DNA of 64,000 nt from positions 169,787-233,786 of IMG/VR virus record IMGVR_UViG_3300015214_000024; one strand, 5' to 3'. A model generated the notes under the pieces. The model was not told the origin of the DNA. It searched no databases and saw only the letters and a list, made by a program, of their open reading frames with translations. The stretch's first letter is position 1; every line of letters starts with the position of its first letter. This DNA comes from a virus. Lineage: Duplodnaviria > Heunggongvirae > Uroviricota > Caudoviricetes. Positions 63,132-64,000 of the stretch are shown in pieces. A program made the translations under genes and the position numbers.

Positions 63132-64000
63132 ATGTCGGTTCACATTTTTGGCGGTGGAACCTTTTTTCACGTTCGCAACCATATGGCGCTTTGCGCACCA
63201 GCATTTGGTAAAACTGCTCGATATATTAATACCTTTTATGACGATGCATTCTTGCATTTGACAAAAATGGCTGATCCAAATTCAATTCTTGATACCAATG
63301 AAGATGTTGAATATAAGCTTGATAAGCTCATTGAGGATCCTTATTGCAAGATCATCTATTTCAATGTTGCACTTTGTGATTATGAGGGATCTATCTTGGA
63401 TGGCACTCTTGAAGATTGTATAACTCCATCAGGAAAATACGCTCCTCGACTTAAAACTCGAGAAGGTCTACAGCATATGCGCCTCACGCCGGCAGCTAAG
63501 TTGATTGGCAAGATTCGCAAGACTCGCAAGGATATTTTTGTTGTTGGATTTAAGACGACCTGCAACGCAACACCTGATGAGCAATATCTTGCAGCATTGA
63601 ATATGTTGAAAGAAAATTCTATCAACTTGGTTCTCGCGAACGATACAGGTAATCGTCGAAATATGATTGTTGCTCCAGAAGAAACTCGCTATTGCGTTAC
63701 TACTGATCGAAATAAAGCACTTACAACTTTGGTAGAAATGACCAATAGCAGGTCTCGAAACACTTTTACCCGATCGACGGTAATTGATGGCGATCTTGTT
63801 CCTTGGAATTCAAATGAAATTCCTGACAATTTGCGACAGGTGGTCAATCACTGCATCAAAAGAGGAGCATACAAGCCCTTCCGGGGATCAACTGCTGGTC
63901 ACTTTGCAGTCAAGGTGAATGAACACGAAGTTTTGACATCTGTTCGCAAGACAAATTATAATGATTTGGATAAAAGCGGATTGGTTCGAATTGAATACGA
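63132..64000 (+). CDS. CoaB/DFP-like protein (3' partial)
   Basis: IFGGGT..V..H..AFG; FNVALCDY; VGFK; LVLAND; runs off the window. Confidence 0.65.
   Translation, partial: MSVHIFGGGTFFHVRNHMALCAPAFGKTARYINTFYDDAFLHLTKMADPNSILDTNEDVEYKLDKLIEDPYCKIIYFNVALCDYEGSILDGTLEDCITPSGKYAPRLKTREGLQHMRLTPAAKLIGKIRKTRKDIFVVGFKTTCNATPDEQYLAALNMLKENSINLVLANDTGNRRNMIVAPEETRYCVTTDRNKALTTLVEMTNSRSRNTFTRSTVIDGDLVPWNSNEIPDNLRQVVNHCIKRGAYKPFRGSTAGHFAVKVNEHEVLTSVRKTNYNDLDKSGLVRIEY

Overview
This is a 64-kb, AT-rich, mostly + strand segment of a jumbo bacteriophage genome. The host is probably an alphaproteobacterium (a Sphingomonas-type PEP-CTERM gene and an A73 tRNA-His point that way). The segment is a translation-resilience island. 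It holds about 60 canonical tRNA genes, more than 12 aberrant tRNA-like RNAs, three minimized aminoacyl-tRNA synthetases (ThrRS, HisRS, LeuRS), IF3, an RNase P RNA, a Ro60/TROVE protein with six Y-RNA-like ncRNAs, tRNA-adjacent homing endonucleases, and anti-defence/metabolic genes. The main candidate new system is a charged-tRNA-sensing regulon. The tRNA genes are sorted by amino acid into three clusters (His/Tyr/Glu; Leu/Asn/Pro; Val/Phe/Ile/Met/Asp/Arg/Ala/Lys/Gln/Trp/Gly/Thr). Each cluster is preceded by a promoter, a leader peptide enriched in those same amino acids, and an antiterminator/terminator pair. In addition, thrS has a Thr-rich leader, and hisS needs a prfB-like +1 frameshift at a His codon. 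The second candidate is a family of Ro60-associated Y-like RNAs, each displaying a different anticodon stem-loop. All calls were made by eye, so RNA ends may be off by a few nt and functions are inferred.
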